Below, one piece after another: positions 1 through 9,829 of a stretch of 64,000 bases of DNA (within the stretch, counting starts at the first letter, position 1; each line of letters opens with the position of its first letter). Source of the stretch: Deinococcales bacterium (lineage in GTDB: Bacteria; Deinococcota; Deinococci; Deinococcales; JAAFIG01); the NCBI GenBank assembly GCA_031414595.1, contig JANNVX010000088.1, forward strand, positions 29,787 through 93,786. The letters are read 5' to 3'. The translations under genes were made by a program, and so were the position numbers. The notes beneath the pieces were generated by a model. That model was not told the origin of the DNA, ran no database searches, and worked only from the letters and a program-made list of their open reading frames with translations.

Positions 1-365
1 TTGGCTCTGGCTCGAGCCGTGAACATGCAGTTTGGGCATTGACCGATTTTGGTTTCAAAACGATTCTTGCCCCTGCATATGCCGATATTTTTTACAACAA
101 CAGCCTAAAAAACGGCTTGCTGCCCGTGGTATTGCCCGAAGATGTTATCTCGAGTATTTGGAATCTGCTCGAACAAGCCCCTGACTCGCAAATTACTGTG
201 GATTTACCAAGTCAAACGGTAACACTGCCAGACGGCTCGAGTCATGGTTTTCAGATTGACCCATTTAGAAAAATATGTTTATTAGATGGCGTGGATGACC
301 TTGGGTATTTGCTGAATAAATCGGATGTGATTGGTGCATTTGAAGCTCAAGCAAAAGTGTACTAG
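1..365 (+). CDS. leuD: 3-isopropylmalate dehydratase small subunit, C-terminal part (5' end outside window)
   Basis: Frame is open from base 3: GSGSSREHAVWALTDFGFK..., which contains the LeuD GSSREHA motif. Stop at 363-365. Confidence 0.9.
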   Translation, partial: GSGSSREHAVWALTDFGFKTILAPAYADIFYNNSLKNGLLPVVLPEDVISSIWNLLEQAPDSQITVDLPSQTVTLPDGSSHGFQIDPFRKICLLDGVDDLGYLLNKSDVIGAFEAQAKVY

Positions 366-374
366 AATGACCAT

Positions 375-581
375 ATGAGCGAATTTGCGTTTCAAAAAAC
401 CAATCTGCAAGTGGTCTCGAGTTTTGCCGAAGCCGACGAAGCTGACCGTTTGTATTGGTGGAGTCGAAGTCCAGAGGAGCGCCTTCGTGCTTTACAACAT
501 CTTCGGGAGTTGAATTATGGTGATCTCGCTCGATCAAAACTTCAAAGAGTTTTTGAGTTTATTAGAATTTCAGAACGTTGA
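375..581 (+). CDS. small hypothetical protein, possible antitoxin-like partner of the downstream nucleotidyltransferase-fold protein
   Basis: 68-aa ORF directly upstream of and overlapping the next gene. No motif recognised. Confidence 0.4.
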   Translation: MSEFAFQKTNLQVVSSFAEADEADRLYWWSRSPEERLRALQHLRELNYGDLARSKLQRVFEFIRISER

Positions 582-963
582 ATACTTGTTGATTGGTGGT
601 TATGCCGTCAATTGGCATGGGTATCATCGTGCAACCAATGACATGGATATTTTTGTTTCTGCATCTACGGAAAATGCGGCTCGAGTTACCGCAGTCCTGC
701 ATGAATTTGGTTTTCTCGAGGTCAATTCGCAGATGATGTCAACTCCAAAAAGCATGGTTCGTATGGGTGTGCCTCCAACAAAATTAGAGGTGACGAATTT
801 TATTGATGGTGTGACTTTCGAGGAATGCTTTGAAAAACGGCTGCGGGTCACATTTGATGGCATCACTTTCAATCTGATTTCCCTGCCAGATTTGCGCCGC
901 AATAAAAAAGCCAGTGGCAGACTCAAAGACTTAGCCGACCTCGAGAATTTACCGGAAGGATAA
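517..963 (+). CDS. nucleotidyltransferase-fold protein (toxin-antitoxin-associated NTase-like)
   Basis: N-terminal VEYLLIGGYAVNWHGYHRATNDMDIFV pattern (GG...T.D.D) is typical of small minimal nucleotidyltransferases. Confidence 0.6.
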   Translation: MVISLDQNFKEFLSLLEFQNVEYLLIGGYAVNWHGYHRATNDMDIFVSASTENAARVTAVLHEFGFLEVNSQMMSTPKSMVRMGVPPTKLEVTNFIDGVTFEECFEKRLRVTFDGITFNLISLPDLRRNKKASGRLKDLADLENLPEG

Positions 964-965
964 TA

Positions 966-1730
966 ATGCCAACTTGGGACGCACAGCAATACCTGAAATT
1001 CTCCAACGAACGCACCCAACCTGCGATAGATTTGGTCTCGAGGATTGAACTCGAGCCGAAAACCATTCTTGACCTTGGTTGTGGACCCGGCAACAGCACC
1101 GAAGTTCTGTTTAACCGTTGGCAGCACGCCAGTTTAACGGGTTTGGATTCTTCTTCTGAAATGCTGCAACAAGCTAGAAAAGCCCATCCTGATTGGGATT
1201 GGCTCGAGGCAGACATGGTTTCTTTTGAATCCGACATAAAATTTGACTTGGTGTTTTCCAATGCTGCCATTCAGTGGGTTAAAAATCACGCAGTGTTGCT
1301 GCCAAAACTCAAGAATTTGGTATCAAGTGGCGGCGCTTTAGCCATTCAGATTCCAGCCCATCAGCGCTCGCATTTGCATCGTGCCATGATCACAATAGCC
1401 CAAGATTCTCAGTGGCTCAAGTACATGCAGCACGCCCAAACTGCATTATCACTCGAGACTCCGCAGTTTTATTATGATGTCCTGCTTCCAGCCAACAAAA
1501 TTGTCTTGTGGCAAACCGCTTATCAGCACGTCATGCCCAACCCAGAAGCGATTCTTGAGTGGATTCGGGGGACAGGTTTGCGTCCTTTTCTTGAGGCACT
1601 GCCCAATGCCAAGGCTCGAGCCGATTTTGAGGCGCAACTGCTCAAGCGGGTGAGGATAGATTATCCTGCTCAGTGCGATGGGAATGTGCTTTTTGAGTTT
1701 AACCGCTTGTTTATGATTGCCTATCTTTAA
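966..1730 (+). CDS. tam: trans-aconitate 2-methyltransferase
   Basis: WDAQQYLKFSNERTQPAIDL N-terminus plus the LDLGCGPGNST SAM-binding motif. 254 aa. Confidence 0.85.
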   Translation: MPTWDAQQYLKFSNERTQPAIDLVSRIELEPKTILDLGCGPGNSTEVLFNRWQHASLTGLDSSSEMLQQARKAHPDWDWLEADMVSFESDIKFDLVFSNAAIQWVKNHAVLLPKLKNLVSSGGALAIQIPAHQRSHLHRAMITIAQDSQWLKYMQHAQTALSLETPQFYYDVLLPANKIVLWQTAYQHVMPNPEAILEWIRGTGLRPFLEALPNAKARADFEAQLLKRVRIDYPAQCDGNVLFEFNRLFMIAYL

Positions 1731-1775
1731 GATTTTTGTTGGAAAATTTGCCCTTAAAAACGATATGATAGCCCC

Positions 1776-3188
1776 ATGAGTATCACACCAGATTGGGTTA
1801 AGGACGCAGTTTTTTATCAGATTTTCCCAGACCGTTTTGCCAAGTCCGAGGCGGTTGCAAAATCAAGTAATCTCGAGCCTTGGGATTCTAAACCGACACC
1901 ACACGGCTATAAAGGCGGGGATTTACTCGGTGTAGTCGAGCATTTGGATCATCTGGAATTGCTTGGGATAACCGCCATTTATTTTTGCCCAGTCTTTCAA
2001 AGTGGGGCAAATCACCGCTATCACACCCATGATTATATGGTGGTTGACCCGATGTTGGGCGGTAACGAAGCCTTAAAAACACTGCTCGAGGCAGCGCATT
2101 CGCGTGGCATAAAAGTCGTTTTGGATGGGGTTTTTAATCATGCCTCGCGTGGTTTTTTTCAGTTCCATGATGTTCTCGAGAATGGAAGCCAGAGTGCCTA
2201 TGTGGATTGGTTTTTTATTAAGGGTTTTCCGCTTCGGGCGTATGAAAGCCGTGAGCCACCCAATTACGAGGCTTGGTGGGGCTATCCAGCCTTGCCAAAA
2301 TTTAATACCGATACCTTGGCGGTGCGTCAGTACCTTTGGGGTGTGGCGGAATACTGGATGAAACAAGGGATAGACGGCTGGCGTTTGGATGTGCCGAACG
2401 AAATTGATGATGATGCTTTTTGGCAAGAATTCCGGCGGAGGGTTAAAAATGTCAACCCCGAAGGCTATATTGTTGGGGAAATTTGGGAAACCGCCCAGCG
2501 TTGGTTGCAGGGCGATCAATTCGATGCGGTGATGAATTATGTCTTCTCGAGCCTCGCCTATGATTTTCTTGCCGCCAAGCAAATCATGCCGAGCGTGACC
2601 AAGGACACGAGCTTAAAGCACTTGGGGACGCGCTCGTTAAATGCCACTGGTTTTGCTAAGGGTGTGCAGGAATTACTCTCTTTGTATCCGTGGGATATAA
2701 ACCTTGTGCAACTAAATTTGTTGTGCAGTCACGACACACCACGGCTTCATAGTGTGATTGGTCATGACTTGGCGACTTATAAACTTTTAACGCTGTTCCA
2801 AATGGCTTTTGTTGGAGCGCCGTGCATTTATTACGGTGATGAGATTGGACTGGACGGTCTAAGCGACCCCGATTGCCGACGTGGAATGCCTTGGGATGTG
2901 AGTCGGTGGAACATAGAAATTCTCGAGTTTACCAAAGCCTGTATTGCTGCCCGTAAACGAATTCCAGCTTTGCGGCGCGGTGAAATTAAGTTCTTGTACA
3001 CCGCAGGGATGACCGTGATGTTTGAACGTACCTTTGAAGGTAGCCGTGCCTTGGTTGCCTTAAACGCCTCTGAAACAGCCGTCAGTCTCGAGGTCGGCGG
3101 GGTGTATGCAGATGCACTTAATAATTCTCGGGTTGAAGGGACTTTACTTCTCGAGCCGCGCAGTGGGGTCATTCTCGAAGAAATTTGA
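1776..3188 (+). CDS. glycoside hydrolase family 13 (alpha-amylase / neopullulanase-like)
   Basis: DAVFYQIFPDRF, GVFNHAS, GWRLDVPNE, EIW and SHDTPR conserved GH13 regions. 470 aa. Confidence 0.9.
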   Translation: MSITPDWVKDAVFYQIFPDRFAKSEAVAKSSNLEPWDSKPTPHGYKGGDLLGVVEHLDHLELLGITAIYFCPVFQSGANHRYHTHDYMVVDPMLGGNEALKTLLEAAHSRGIKVVLDGVFNHASRGFFQFHDVLENGSQSAYVDWFFIKGFPLRAYESREPPNYEAWWGYPALPKFNTDTLAVRQYLWGVAEYWMKQGIDGWRLDVPNEIDDDAFWQEFRRRVKNVNPEGYIVGEIWETAQRWLQGDQFDAVMNYVFSSLAYDFLAAKQIMPSVTKDTSLKHLGTRSLNATGFAKGVQELLSLYPWDINLVQLNLLCSHDTPRLHSVIGHDLATYKLLTLFQMAFVGAPCIYYGDEIGLDGLSDPDCRRGMPWDVSRWNIEILEFTKACIAARKRIPALRRGEIKFLYTAGMTVMFERTFEGSRALVALNASETAVSLEVGGVYADALNNSRVEGTLLLEPRSGVILEEI

Positions 3189-3219
3189 CGCTTTTAACTT
3201 AAAGCCTCACAATAAAGGA

Positions 3220-3480
3220 ATGACATATTCTGAAATTCGGACTCATCATCCAGATACTTGGTTACTGCTTGAAGTCTTGCAAGGTCATTCGCAAGGAGAG
3301 TTTCGCATTCTCGAGGATTTAGCAGTTGTGGATGTGTTTAGTGAATCCTTTTCGGCACTCCTAGCTTATAAAAAGCTGCATGGTATTGCACCACACCGTG
3401 AATTGTATGTGGTTCATAGCAGTAAGCCCGAATTGATTGTTAAAGAGCGAGTTTGGCTTGGTATTCGGAGCGCTGCGTGA
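3220..3480 (+). CDS. small hypothetical protein paired with the retropepsin-like protease
   Basis: ATG at 3220 preceded by AAAGGA. The stop overlaps a candidate GTG start of the next gene (GTGA at 3477-3480). Confidence 0.5.
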   Translation: MTYSEIRTHHPDTWLLLEVLQGHSQGEFRILEDLAVVDVFSESFSALLAYKKLHGIAPHRELYVVHSSKPELIVKERVWLGIRSAA

Positions 3481-3854
3481 AATTGCGTTTTGAACGTGGC
3501 TTATTACTTTGTGAAGTCCAAATTGCTCACGCTGCACAAACGCTTTTGTTATCTCGAGTGTTGGTGGATACTGGTTCGGCAGGTACAATTTTTCAGACTG
3601 ATGAATTGCGTAAAATTGGTATTGAGTACGATTTGAATGACGAAATGCACCGAATTAGAGGGGTCGGTGGCTCTGAATTTGTATTTTCTAAAAATTTATC
3701 CTTGATTCAAGTTGGTGATTTGCGAACTGAGCATTTTATGGTTGAAGTTGGCTGGATGGATTATGGTTTTGAATTACAAGGTATTTTGGGATTGGATTTT
3801 TTGCGAATAACCAAAGCAATCATTGACCTTGATAAATTTGAATTGCGAATTTAG
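3453..3854 (+). CDS. retropepsin-like aspartic peptidase (clan AA)
   Basis: VLVDTGSAGT (D-T/S-G active-site motif) and GILGLDFL flap/dimer motif. The start may be the GTG at 3477. Confidence 0.7.
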   Translation: MAWYSERCVKLRFERGLLLCEVQIAHAAQTLLLSRVLVDTGSAGTIFQTDELRKIGIEYDLNDEMHRIRGVGGSEFVFSKNLSLIQVGDLRTEHFMVEVGWMDYGFELQGILGLDFLRITKAIIDLDKFELRI

Positions 3855-3902
3855 TCTTTTATGTCTATCACCTTGGCTCGAGACACGGTAGACTGGTAAG
3901 TT

Positions 3903-5003
3903 ATGAACGAGTCCTTAGAAATTATTCTCGCCGAGTTTGCCCAACTCGAAGCGAGCCTAGCTGACCCGGTGCTTTTAGCCGACGGCGCGGCATACGCTCG
4001 AGCGCAACGCAAATACGGCGAGATGCAGGAGTTAGCCCGATTAAGTCGGTTGTTACTCGAGACCAAGCAGCGCCTTTCCGAAGCACTGGGGTTGTTGTCT
4101 GACCCCGACCTTGGAGAATTGGCAGCCCTAGACGTGCTTGAGTGCGAAGAAAAAATCCCATTGCTCGAGTTGGAGTTTGAAGAACTGACCCTACCTAAAG
4201 ACAGCGCTGATGCTCGAGATGTGATTCTTGAAATTCGGGCGGGTACGGGCGGCGCAGAAGCGGGGTTATTTGCCGCCGATGTTTTTAGGATGTATCAGCG
4301 TTATTGTGAAACCCTGCATTTTAAGCTGGAAGTAATTGACACCAACGAATCCGACATTGGTGGGTTTGCCAAAGTCACCGCCGAGATTCGTGGGGCTGGG
4401 GCATTTGGGATTTTTAAGTTTGAATCTGGGGTGCATCGGGTGCAACGGATTCCAAGTACCGAGTCGGCTGGGCGGATTCACACCAGTACCGCCACAATTG
4501 CGGTGCTGCCCGAAGCCGAGGATGTGGATGTGCAACTCAGTCCTGCCGATTACCGCATTGATGTTTACCGCGCTGGTGGACATGGTGGGCAGGGAGTCAA
4601 CACCACCGATAGTGCGGTGCGAATTGTCTACCGCGAAGGCACACCCGACGAGATTACCGTGACTTGCCAAGATGGTCGTAGCCAGTTAAAAAATCGCGAT
4701 AAAGCCTTGACCGTGCTGCGCTCGAGACTGTTTGAGCGTGAACGCGAACGCACTGCCCGCGAACGCTCCGAAGCCCGTTCGAGCCTGATTGGTTCAGGCG
4801 AGCGTTCCGAAAAAATCCGCACTTATAATTATCCGCAAAATCGTGTCACCGACCACCGTCTTGAAGGTGAAGCCAAGAATTATCCGCTTGTCACCATCAT
4901 CGAAGGTGGCATGACCGAATTAACAACTGCCTTACGAGCTTTAGAAAAAGAAACCCTGATTGCGGAGCGAATCGAAAAGCAAATGCAGAAGGTTGCTGCG
5001 TAA
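3903..5003 (+). CDS. prfA: peptide chain release factor 1
   Basis: GGQ motif (GGHGGQGVNTTDSAVR) and RF1-type P-x-T tripeptide (RIPSTES). 366 aa. Confidence 0.95.
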   Translation: MNESLEIILAEFAQLEASLADPVLLADGAAYARAQRKYGEMQELARLSRLLLETKQRLSEALGLLSDPDLGELAALDVLECEEKIPLLELEFEELTLPKDSADARDVILEIRAGTGGAEAGLFAADVFRMYQRYCETLHFKLEVIDTNESDIGGFAKVTAEIRGAGAFGIFKFESGVHRVQRIPSTESAGRIHTSTATIAVLPEAEDVDVQLSPADYRIDVYRAGGHGGQGVNTTDSAVRIVYREGTPDEITVTCQDGRSQLKNRDKALTVLRSRLFERERERTARERSEARSSLIGSGERSEKIRTYNYPQNRVTDHRLEGEAKNYPLVTIIEGGMTELTTALRALEKETLIAERIEKQMQKVAA

Positions 5004-5485
5004 TGGCGCGACGTGAATTACTGGTCGCAGCCGCCGTGCTGCGCGATAAAATGGGTCGTGTGTTGTTGGTTGCCAACGACTGGCAAGGGCTGGGTCGGGT
5101 GCGTTATACCGTCCCGGGCGGCATGGTTGAACACGGCGAAACTGCGCTGCAAGCTGTCAAACGCGAAGTTCTCGAGGAGACAGGGCTAAAGGTCAAGCAC
5201 GTCCATCATTTGGCGTACAGTGTCCATATCGAAGATGAAATGAAGAACGAACGGATTATTGTCTTTGCTTTTGCTGCCGAATGGGATGGGTTATTAAACC
5301 CTCGAGACCCAGATGGTTTTATTGTCGAAGCCCGTTTTTTTGACCCCAAAGAAGCCGTCGAAAAACTGGGACAAGTGCCGATGCGTGAACCGCTCCTCGA
5401 TTACTTAACCACGGGGGTTCATGGGCGTTTTTATGGTTTTAATGGCTGGGATGGACGCGGTGGGGTGCGTGTTCCGGGTTTATGA
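5003..5485 (+). CDS. NUDIX hydrolase
   Basis: Nudix box GGMVEHGETALQAVKREVLEETGL. ATGG/TAA-coupled to prfA. Confidence 0.9.
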   Translation: MARRELLVAAAVLRDKMGRVLLVANDWQGLGRVRYTVPGGMVEHGETALQAVKREVLEETGLKVKHVHHLAYSVHIEDEMKNERIIVFAFAAEWDGLLNPRDPDGFIVEARFFDPKEAVEKLGQVPMREPLLDYLTTGVHGRFYGFNGWDGRGGVRVPGL

Positions 5486-5910
5486 ACTTAATTCCAGAAC
5501 TGAGTGTCAAGGATTATTTAGCCAGTCTCGAGTTTTACACCCAAGTGCTGGGTTTTGATGTGCTGTACGAACGTTCCGAAGAAGGTTTTGCTTTTTTAAC
5601 CCTTGGACAAGTCCAATTGATGATTGACCAAATTGGCTTAGGGCGGACTTGGCAAACGGCTGCTTTTGAATATCCGCTTGGACGCGGAATCAACTTTCAA
5701 ATTACAGTTGATAATCTTGAGCCTATCTTAGACAATATCAATAAGCGTCAAATTCCGCTTTTGATGGAAGTCGAAGAACGCTGGTATCGTAAGAATAATC
5801 TTGAACTTGGTAATCGGCAATTTTTGGTACAAGACCCAGATGGTTATTTGCTGAGGTTTGCACAGGATTTAGGAACAAGGGAAGTGAAAAATGACCAACG
5901 AAACAATTAA
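5482..5910 (+). CDS. VOC family protein (glyoxalase / bleomycin-resistance fold)
   Basis: 142 aa. Pattern SLEFY..VLGF...F..L and a C-terminal DPDGYLLRF are typical of the VOC fold. Confidence 0.75.
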   Translation: MNLIPELSVKDYLASLEFYTQVLGFDVLYERSEEGFAFLTLGQVQLMIDQIGLGRTWQTAAFEYPLGRGINFQITVDNLEPILDNINKRQIPLLMEVEERWYRKNNLELGNRQFLVQDPDGYLLRFAQDLGTREVKNDQRNN

Positions 5911-6442
5911 AGAATTTGTGATTGCTGGGCATGGCAACTCTGAAAAAGTCAAAACCATGCTGCTCGAGAATCCAGAAATTTTAGAAGCGGCTTTTGAATG
6001 GCGCAAAGGGGATTTTGAAACTGCCTTGCAAGCTGCTTCGCACGTCGGAAACGAGGCTATTGCTCGGTTTTTACTCGAGCAGGGCGCTAAACTCGAGATA
6101 ACCACGGCGGCAATGCTTGGGGATATGGAAGGGGTCGAAAATTTCTTATTGCAAAATCCAGAAGCAATTCAGGCAAAAGGCGCTCATGGGATTACTTTAT
6201 TAACCCATGCAGTGATGTCCGAGAAGGCTGATTTGGTGCGTAGCCTAATTCTAAAAGGCGCAATAGATGGTGCAGGTATGGCGCTCAACATTGCCACCGA
6301 TATTGGCAATCTCGAGGTCATAAAAGTGCTGCTTGAACATACCAAACCAGATGTAGCTTGGAAAAACTTTAAGGGTAAATCGGCTATGGAATTAGCGAAC
6401 CCAGAAATTCTTGCGCTGCTCGAGGCGGCTGGTCATGCGTAA
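5891..6442 (+). CDS. ankyrin-repeat protein
   Basis: Repeated ~33-aa units (ALQAASHVGNEAIARFLLEQGAKL, LLTHAVMSEKADLVRSLILKGA, NLEVIKVLLEH). Confidence 0.7.
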   Translation: MTNETIKEFVIAGHGNSEKVKTMLLENPEILEAAFEWRKGDFETALQAASHVGNEAIARFLLEQGAKLEITTAAMLGDMEGVENFLLQNPEAIQAKGAHGITLLTHAVMSEKADLVRSLILKGAIDGAGMALNIATDIGNLEVIKVLLEHTKPDVAWKNFKGKSAMELANPEILALLEAAGHA

Positions 6443-6755
6443 TATTTATTTTCAAATCACCAAGAACCTTAAACTTGGGCGCGATAAAGCTCTGATGGGC
6501 GATAAAAACGGTGCAGTTCAAGCCTTTGACAAATGTGTTGCCGAATTGCGTGAACTGCCGCCAGAACAGACTCGAGATGTGCTACTGGCGCATTCGTACT
6601 TGAATAAATACCAAACACTGGCTTTAGAAAATAAAGATAATAAACGCGCCCTAGAAAGCCTGCAACGTGGCGTGTCGTATGCCAGAAGCAGCAAAGACCC
6701 GACGGCTCGAGCCGTAGCAGAAGAGTGCTTGAGCGGCTTAGATTTAACGGCTTAA
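6435..6755 (+). CDS. hypothetical protein
   Basis: ORF with ATG at 6435 overlapping the ankyrin gene end. No recognisable motif. Confidence 0.35.
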   Translation: MRNIYFQITKNLKLGRDKALMGDKNGAVQAFDKCVAELRELPPEQTRDVLLAHSYLNKYQTLALENKDNKRALESLQRGVSYARSSKDPTARAVAEECLSGLDLTA

Positions 6756-7708
6756 GCTAATTTTCTGGGGGCTGTTTTTTGTAAATACTGGTCTATCATG
6801 ACGGCGGCGATGTTGCCACTACCAGCCGCGATGCTGACCTGCTGGGTTTGCGGTTGCACATCTCCGGCTGCCCAAACGCCTTCAAACCATTCGCCATCGG
6901 GTTTACCAAGCAGTTTGGTTTGTCCGCGCCAACCTGTTTTAATATGCCCGCGTTCAGTGGTCTCGAGTCCGAGTTGAATTGCCAAGTCGTTGCGTGGGAA
7001 TTTTGGACTGGAGACATAATAGCCATCGGCGGTGACTCGAGTGCCATCCTCTAAAACCAAAGCGCTGATTGACCCCCTCGAACCTTCGATGCTGGCAATA
7101 CTTCCGCTTATAATTTCTAAGTTGTGCTGAGCGCGTTTGGTTTCGTACTCGGCTTTAATTTCTGTACCACCGGTTAAAAGTAAGCGAATACTGGCAGCAA
7201 ACTCGAGCAGAGGCAGGCTTTCGGCAACGGCGCTGTTTGCGCCGCCAACACCAATCACAACGATGTGTTTACCGAGCAATTCTGGGCTTTCGCAGTCGGC
7301 ACAGTAATAGGTGTTGCCTTTGGCAGCGTACTTCAAAAATGGTTCGTATTGACCGCCAACCAAGGGGTGATAACGGGCTACGCCAGTCGCAAGTAGCACG
7401 GTTTTGGCTTGGTGTTGTGTGCCAGTTTCTAAAGTGATTGTAAATTCTGGGGCAGTCCCCGAAATGCTTTTGACATTGCCTCGCTCGAGTTTAGCGCCAG
7501 CACCTAGGGCTTGTTTTTCCATGCGTTTAATAATGTCAACGCCGCGTTCATGGTCAAAACCGGGGACATTGTAAAGTGGGGTTAGGGTAAACGGTAATGG
7601 TCCTGTACGGCGGTCTACAACCAACACCGAACGCCGATGAAATGCCAAGTGCAAAGCAGCACTCAGTCCAGCCGGTCCTGCACCAATAATCACAACGTCA
7701 TAAGTCAC
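6752..7708 (-). CDS. thioredoxin-reductase-like FAD-dependent pyridine nucleotide-disulfide oxidoreductase
   Basis: YDVVIIGAGPAGLSAA FAD motif, CADC redox-like pair, second GVGGANSAVAE dinucleotide motif, AAGDV near the C-terminus. Confidence 0.85.
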   Translation of the reverse strand: MTYDVVIIGAGPAGLSAALHLAFHRRSVLVVDRRTGPLPFTLTPLYNVPGFDHERGVDIIKRMEKQALGAGAKLERGNVKSISGTAPEFTITLETGTQHQAKTVLLATGVARYHPLVGGQYEPFLKYAAKGNTYYCADCESPELLGKHIVVIGVGGANSAVAESLPLLEFAASIRLLLTGGTEIKAEYETKRAQHNLEIISGSIASIEGSRGSISALVLEDGTRVTADGYYVSSPKFPRNDLAIQLGLETTERGHIKTGWRGQTKLLGKPDGEWFEGVWAAGDVQPQTQQVSIAAGSGNIAAVMIDQYLQKTAPRKLA

Positions 7709-7759
7709 ATGGCTATTTTAACAAGGTTTAGAGCTTAAAACCTGTTTTTGAGACCCGAG

Positions 7760-7777
7760 CCGATTCTCGAGAATCGG
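7760..7777. repeat. 18-bp perfect palindrome CCGATTCTCGAGAATCGG centred on CTCGAG
   Basis: Read directly. Lies in the spacer between the divergent trxB-like and merR-family genes. Confidence 0.8.
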
Positions 7778-7953
7778 ATTGAAATTTTTTTCTAAACCGC
7801 CAATAAGACTCAAAAAAACCCATACCAAAGGATGGTCACTTTTTAGGGACATCAACATAAACTCGAGCCTGTCCAGTGCAATGTGTTCAATCTCACCAGA
7901 GAACAAATTTGGGGTCTAAGACAGATGATAAATGGATTCAAAGGATAGCGTTT

Positions 7954-8316
7954 ATGAAAAAGCAGCCCATTTGGTTAATCGAAAATCACCATATTTCAAT
8001 TGGTTACTTTGCTGCCCAAACCGGACTATCCATACGGGCATTGCGTCTTTATGACGAAGTTGGACTACTCAAACCAGCCGTTGTGGTCAAGCACAATAAA
8101 TACCGTTATTACAAGTTTGAACAAATTGCCATTGCCCAACAGATTAAAACCTACCGCGAAAACGAATTACCCCTCGAGGAAATTAAACTGATTCTCAATC
8201 ATCCGCTCAGTGCTAAAGAACGCTTAGAACAGCATCTTGAGCGTCTGCGTCAGCGTTTAACTCAGCACCAGACAATGATTGGGCAACTTGAGCAAATGCT
8301 GCATCAAACCCGTTAA
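7954..8316 (+). CDS. MerR family transcriptional regulator
   Basis: ISIGYFAAQTGLSIRALRLYDEVGLLKP helix-turn-helix followed by a coiled-coil C-terminus. ATG at 7954. Confidence 0.85.
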   Translation: MKKQPIWLIENHHISIGYFAAQTGLSIRALRLYDEVGLLKPAVVVKHNKYRYYKFEQIAIAQQIKTYRENELPLEEIKLILNHPLSAKERLEQHLERLRQRLTQHQTMIGQLEQMLHQTR

Positions 8317-8326
8317 AATACTGTCT

Positions 8327-8923
8327 ATGTTCAAAATCTGCACTTACCAAACTCAGCATTGGCGTGACCTCTATAAAATTTGTTTAGAAACGGGCGACAG
8401 TGGCGCGGATGCCACGGCTTTGTACCAATATCCAGATTTACTTGGGCATTTTTATGCTGTGCCTTATGCACTGTTTGAACCAGAACTAACTTTTGTACTC
8501 GAGGATGAAGACGGCGCGTGTGGTTATATTCTTGCCACCGCCAATTCTCAAACTTTTGCCCAGCGCATGGAAAACCAGTGGTTGCCACCGTTGCGTGTAG
8601 AGTATCCCTTGCCAGATCCACAAGACCTCAGCCGTGATGCAAGTATGATTCGTACAATCCACAAAGGCTACCAAGCCGACCCCGAAATTAGTCCCCTGTA
8701 TCCAGCCCATTTACACATTGATTTACTGTTTAGAGCGCAAAAAAAAGGACAAGGCAAATTGTTAATGCAAACCCTGTTTGCTGCATTGCGTGAAAAAAGT
8801 GTGTCTGGGGTGCATCTCGGCGTGGGCAGTCGCAACGAAAACGGGATTGCTTTTTATCAGCATATTGGTTTTACGCAGATTCAAACGCATCCTTGGGGGA
8901 TGGTTTTTGGGCTTTTGTTATGA
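8327..8923 (+). CDS. GNAT family N-acetyltransferase
   Basis: C-terminal RAQKKGQGKLLM...GVHLGVGSRNENGIAFYQHIGF matches the acetyl-CoA-binding Q/RxxGxG/A motif. Confidence 0.65.
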   Translation: MFKICTYQTQHWRDLYKICLETGDSGADATALYQYPDLLGHFYAVPYALFEPELTFVLEDEDGACGYILATANSQTFAQRMENQWLPPLRVEYPLPDPQDLSRDASMIRTIHKGYQADPEISPLYPAHLHIDLLFRAQKKGQGKLLMQTLFAALREKSVSGVHLGVGSRNENGIAFYQHIGFTQIQTHPWGMVFGLLL

Positions 8924-9339
8924 CCCAAGTTTTTGTGTACGGCACACTCAAACGCCATCAAATCAATCACCGATTACTCGAGGGCGTAGGCATCAAAAGA
9001 ATTCGTTATGCCATGCTGCATGGTGTGGAACTCTTTGACATTACCGACCCTGTACGCCCATACCCATACCCTGCCTTGCTTCATGGAAAAGGGCAACTGC
9101 TGGGCGAACTGGTCGAACTCGAGACAGGACAACACCCAGATGATGCGTTGTTAGTCCTTGACCACCTTGAGATGGCTGGTTTTGAATATCGGCGTGTCAA
9201 ATGCTGGGTGCGGGTGAGAAACCGTTTAGAACGGGCATGGGTTTATGTATATGCCTCGAAAACCCATCTATACCGTTCTCAAGGTGTTCGGCGCTATGCT
9301 TTAACGTGGTCGCCACGTCGTTATCAACACCGTCAATAG
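8920..9339 (+). CDS. gamma-glutamylcyclotransferase (AIG2/GGCT-like)
   Basis: N-terminal VFVYGTLKR motif. ATGA overlap with the upstream stop. Confidence 0.8.
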   Translation: MTQVFVYGTLKRHQINHRLLEGVGIKRIRYAMLHGVELFDITDPVRPYPYPALLHGKGQLLGELVELETGQHPDDALLVLDHLEMAGFEYRRVKCWVRVRNRLERAWVYVYASKTHLYRSQGVRRYALTWSPRRYQHRQ

Positions 9340-9376
9340 ATGGTTTTTTTTGGTGCGAACGTGTAACATAGACAAC

Positions 9377-9790
9377 ATGAAGAAATTCTTTGGACTATCC
9401 GCAATTGCCATTGCACTGGCGGCTTGCGCCCCAAGCAGCAACGTCTCGAGTTTAGAAATGGACTTTGCGCCAGCCACACCACTGGGCGCACGAATTACAG
9501 GTTCTGGTACACTGGTTAGTTCGACCAGTGGTTTAACACGAATCCGTCTCGAGTTGCGTGGTTTACCAGCCAATAGCAGCCTTGGGGCTGGGGTTTTTGT
9601 CGGTTCTTGCACCAACCAAGGACACATTCGTATTGAGTTGCCAGACCTTCGCAGTGATGCAGGAGGGAACGCCACGCTGGACACCAGTTTTAAGAATGGC
9701 AGTACACCTTCTCAAGCCTACGTCAATGTTTTCCAAAAGACCCAAGCCGATGGGTACGGCACGGCTCTGGCTTGCGCTAACCTCAAATAA
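9377..9790 (+). CDS. lipoprotein, function unknown
   Basis: Signal peptide with lipobox MKKFFGLSAIAIALAAC. Beta-rich mature part. Confidence 0.6.
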   Translation: MKKFFGLSAIAIALAACAPSSNVSSLEMDFAPATPLGARITGSGTLVSSTSGLTRIRLELRGLPANSSLGAGVFVGSCTNQGHIRIELPDLRSDAGGNATLDTSFKNGSTPSQAYVNVFQKTQADGYGTALACANLK

Positions 9791-9801
9791 GTTTTTAAGT
9801 G

Positions 9802-9829
9802 GCAGCCCTCGAGATTAGAGGGCTGTTTT
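9802..9829 (+). terminator. rho-independent terminator between convergent genes
   Basis: GCAGCCCTC-gagatta-GAGGGCTG followed by TTTTATTTTTT. Confidence 0.6.
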
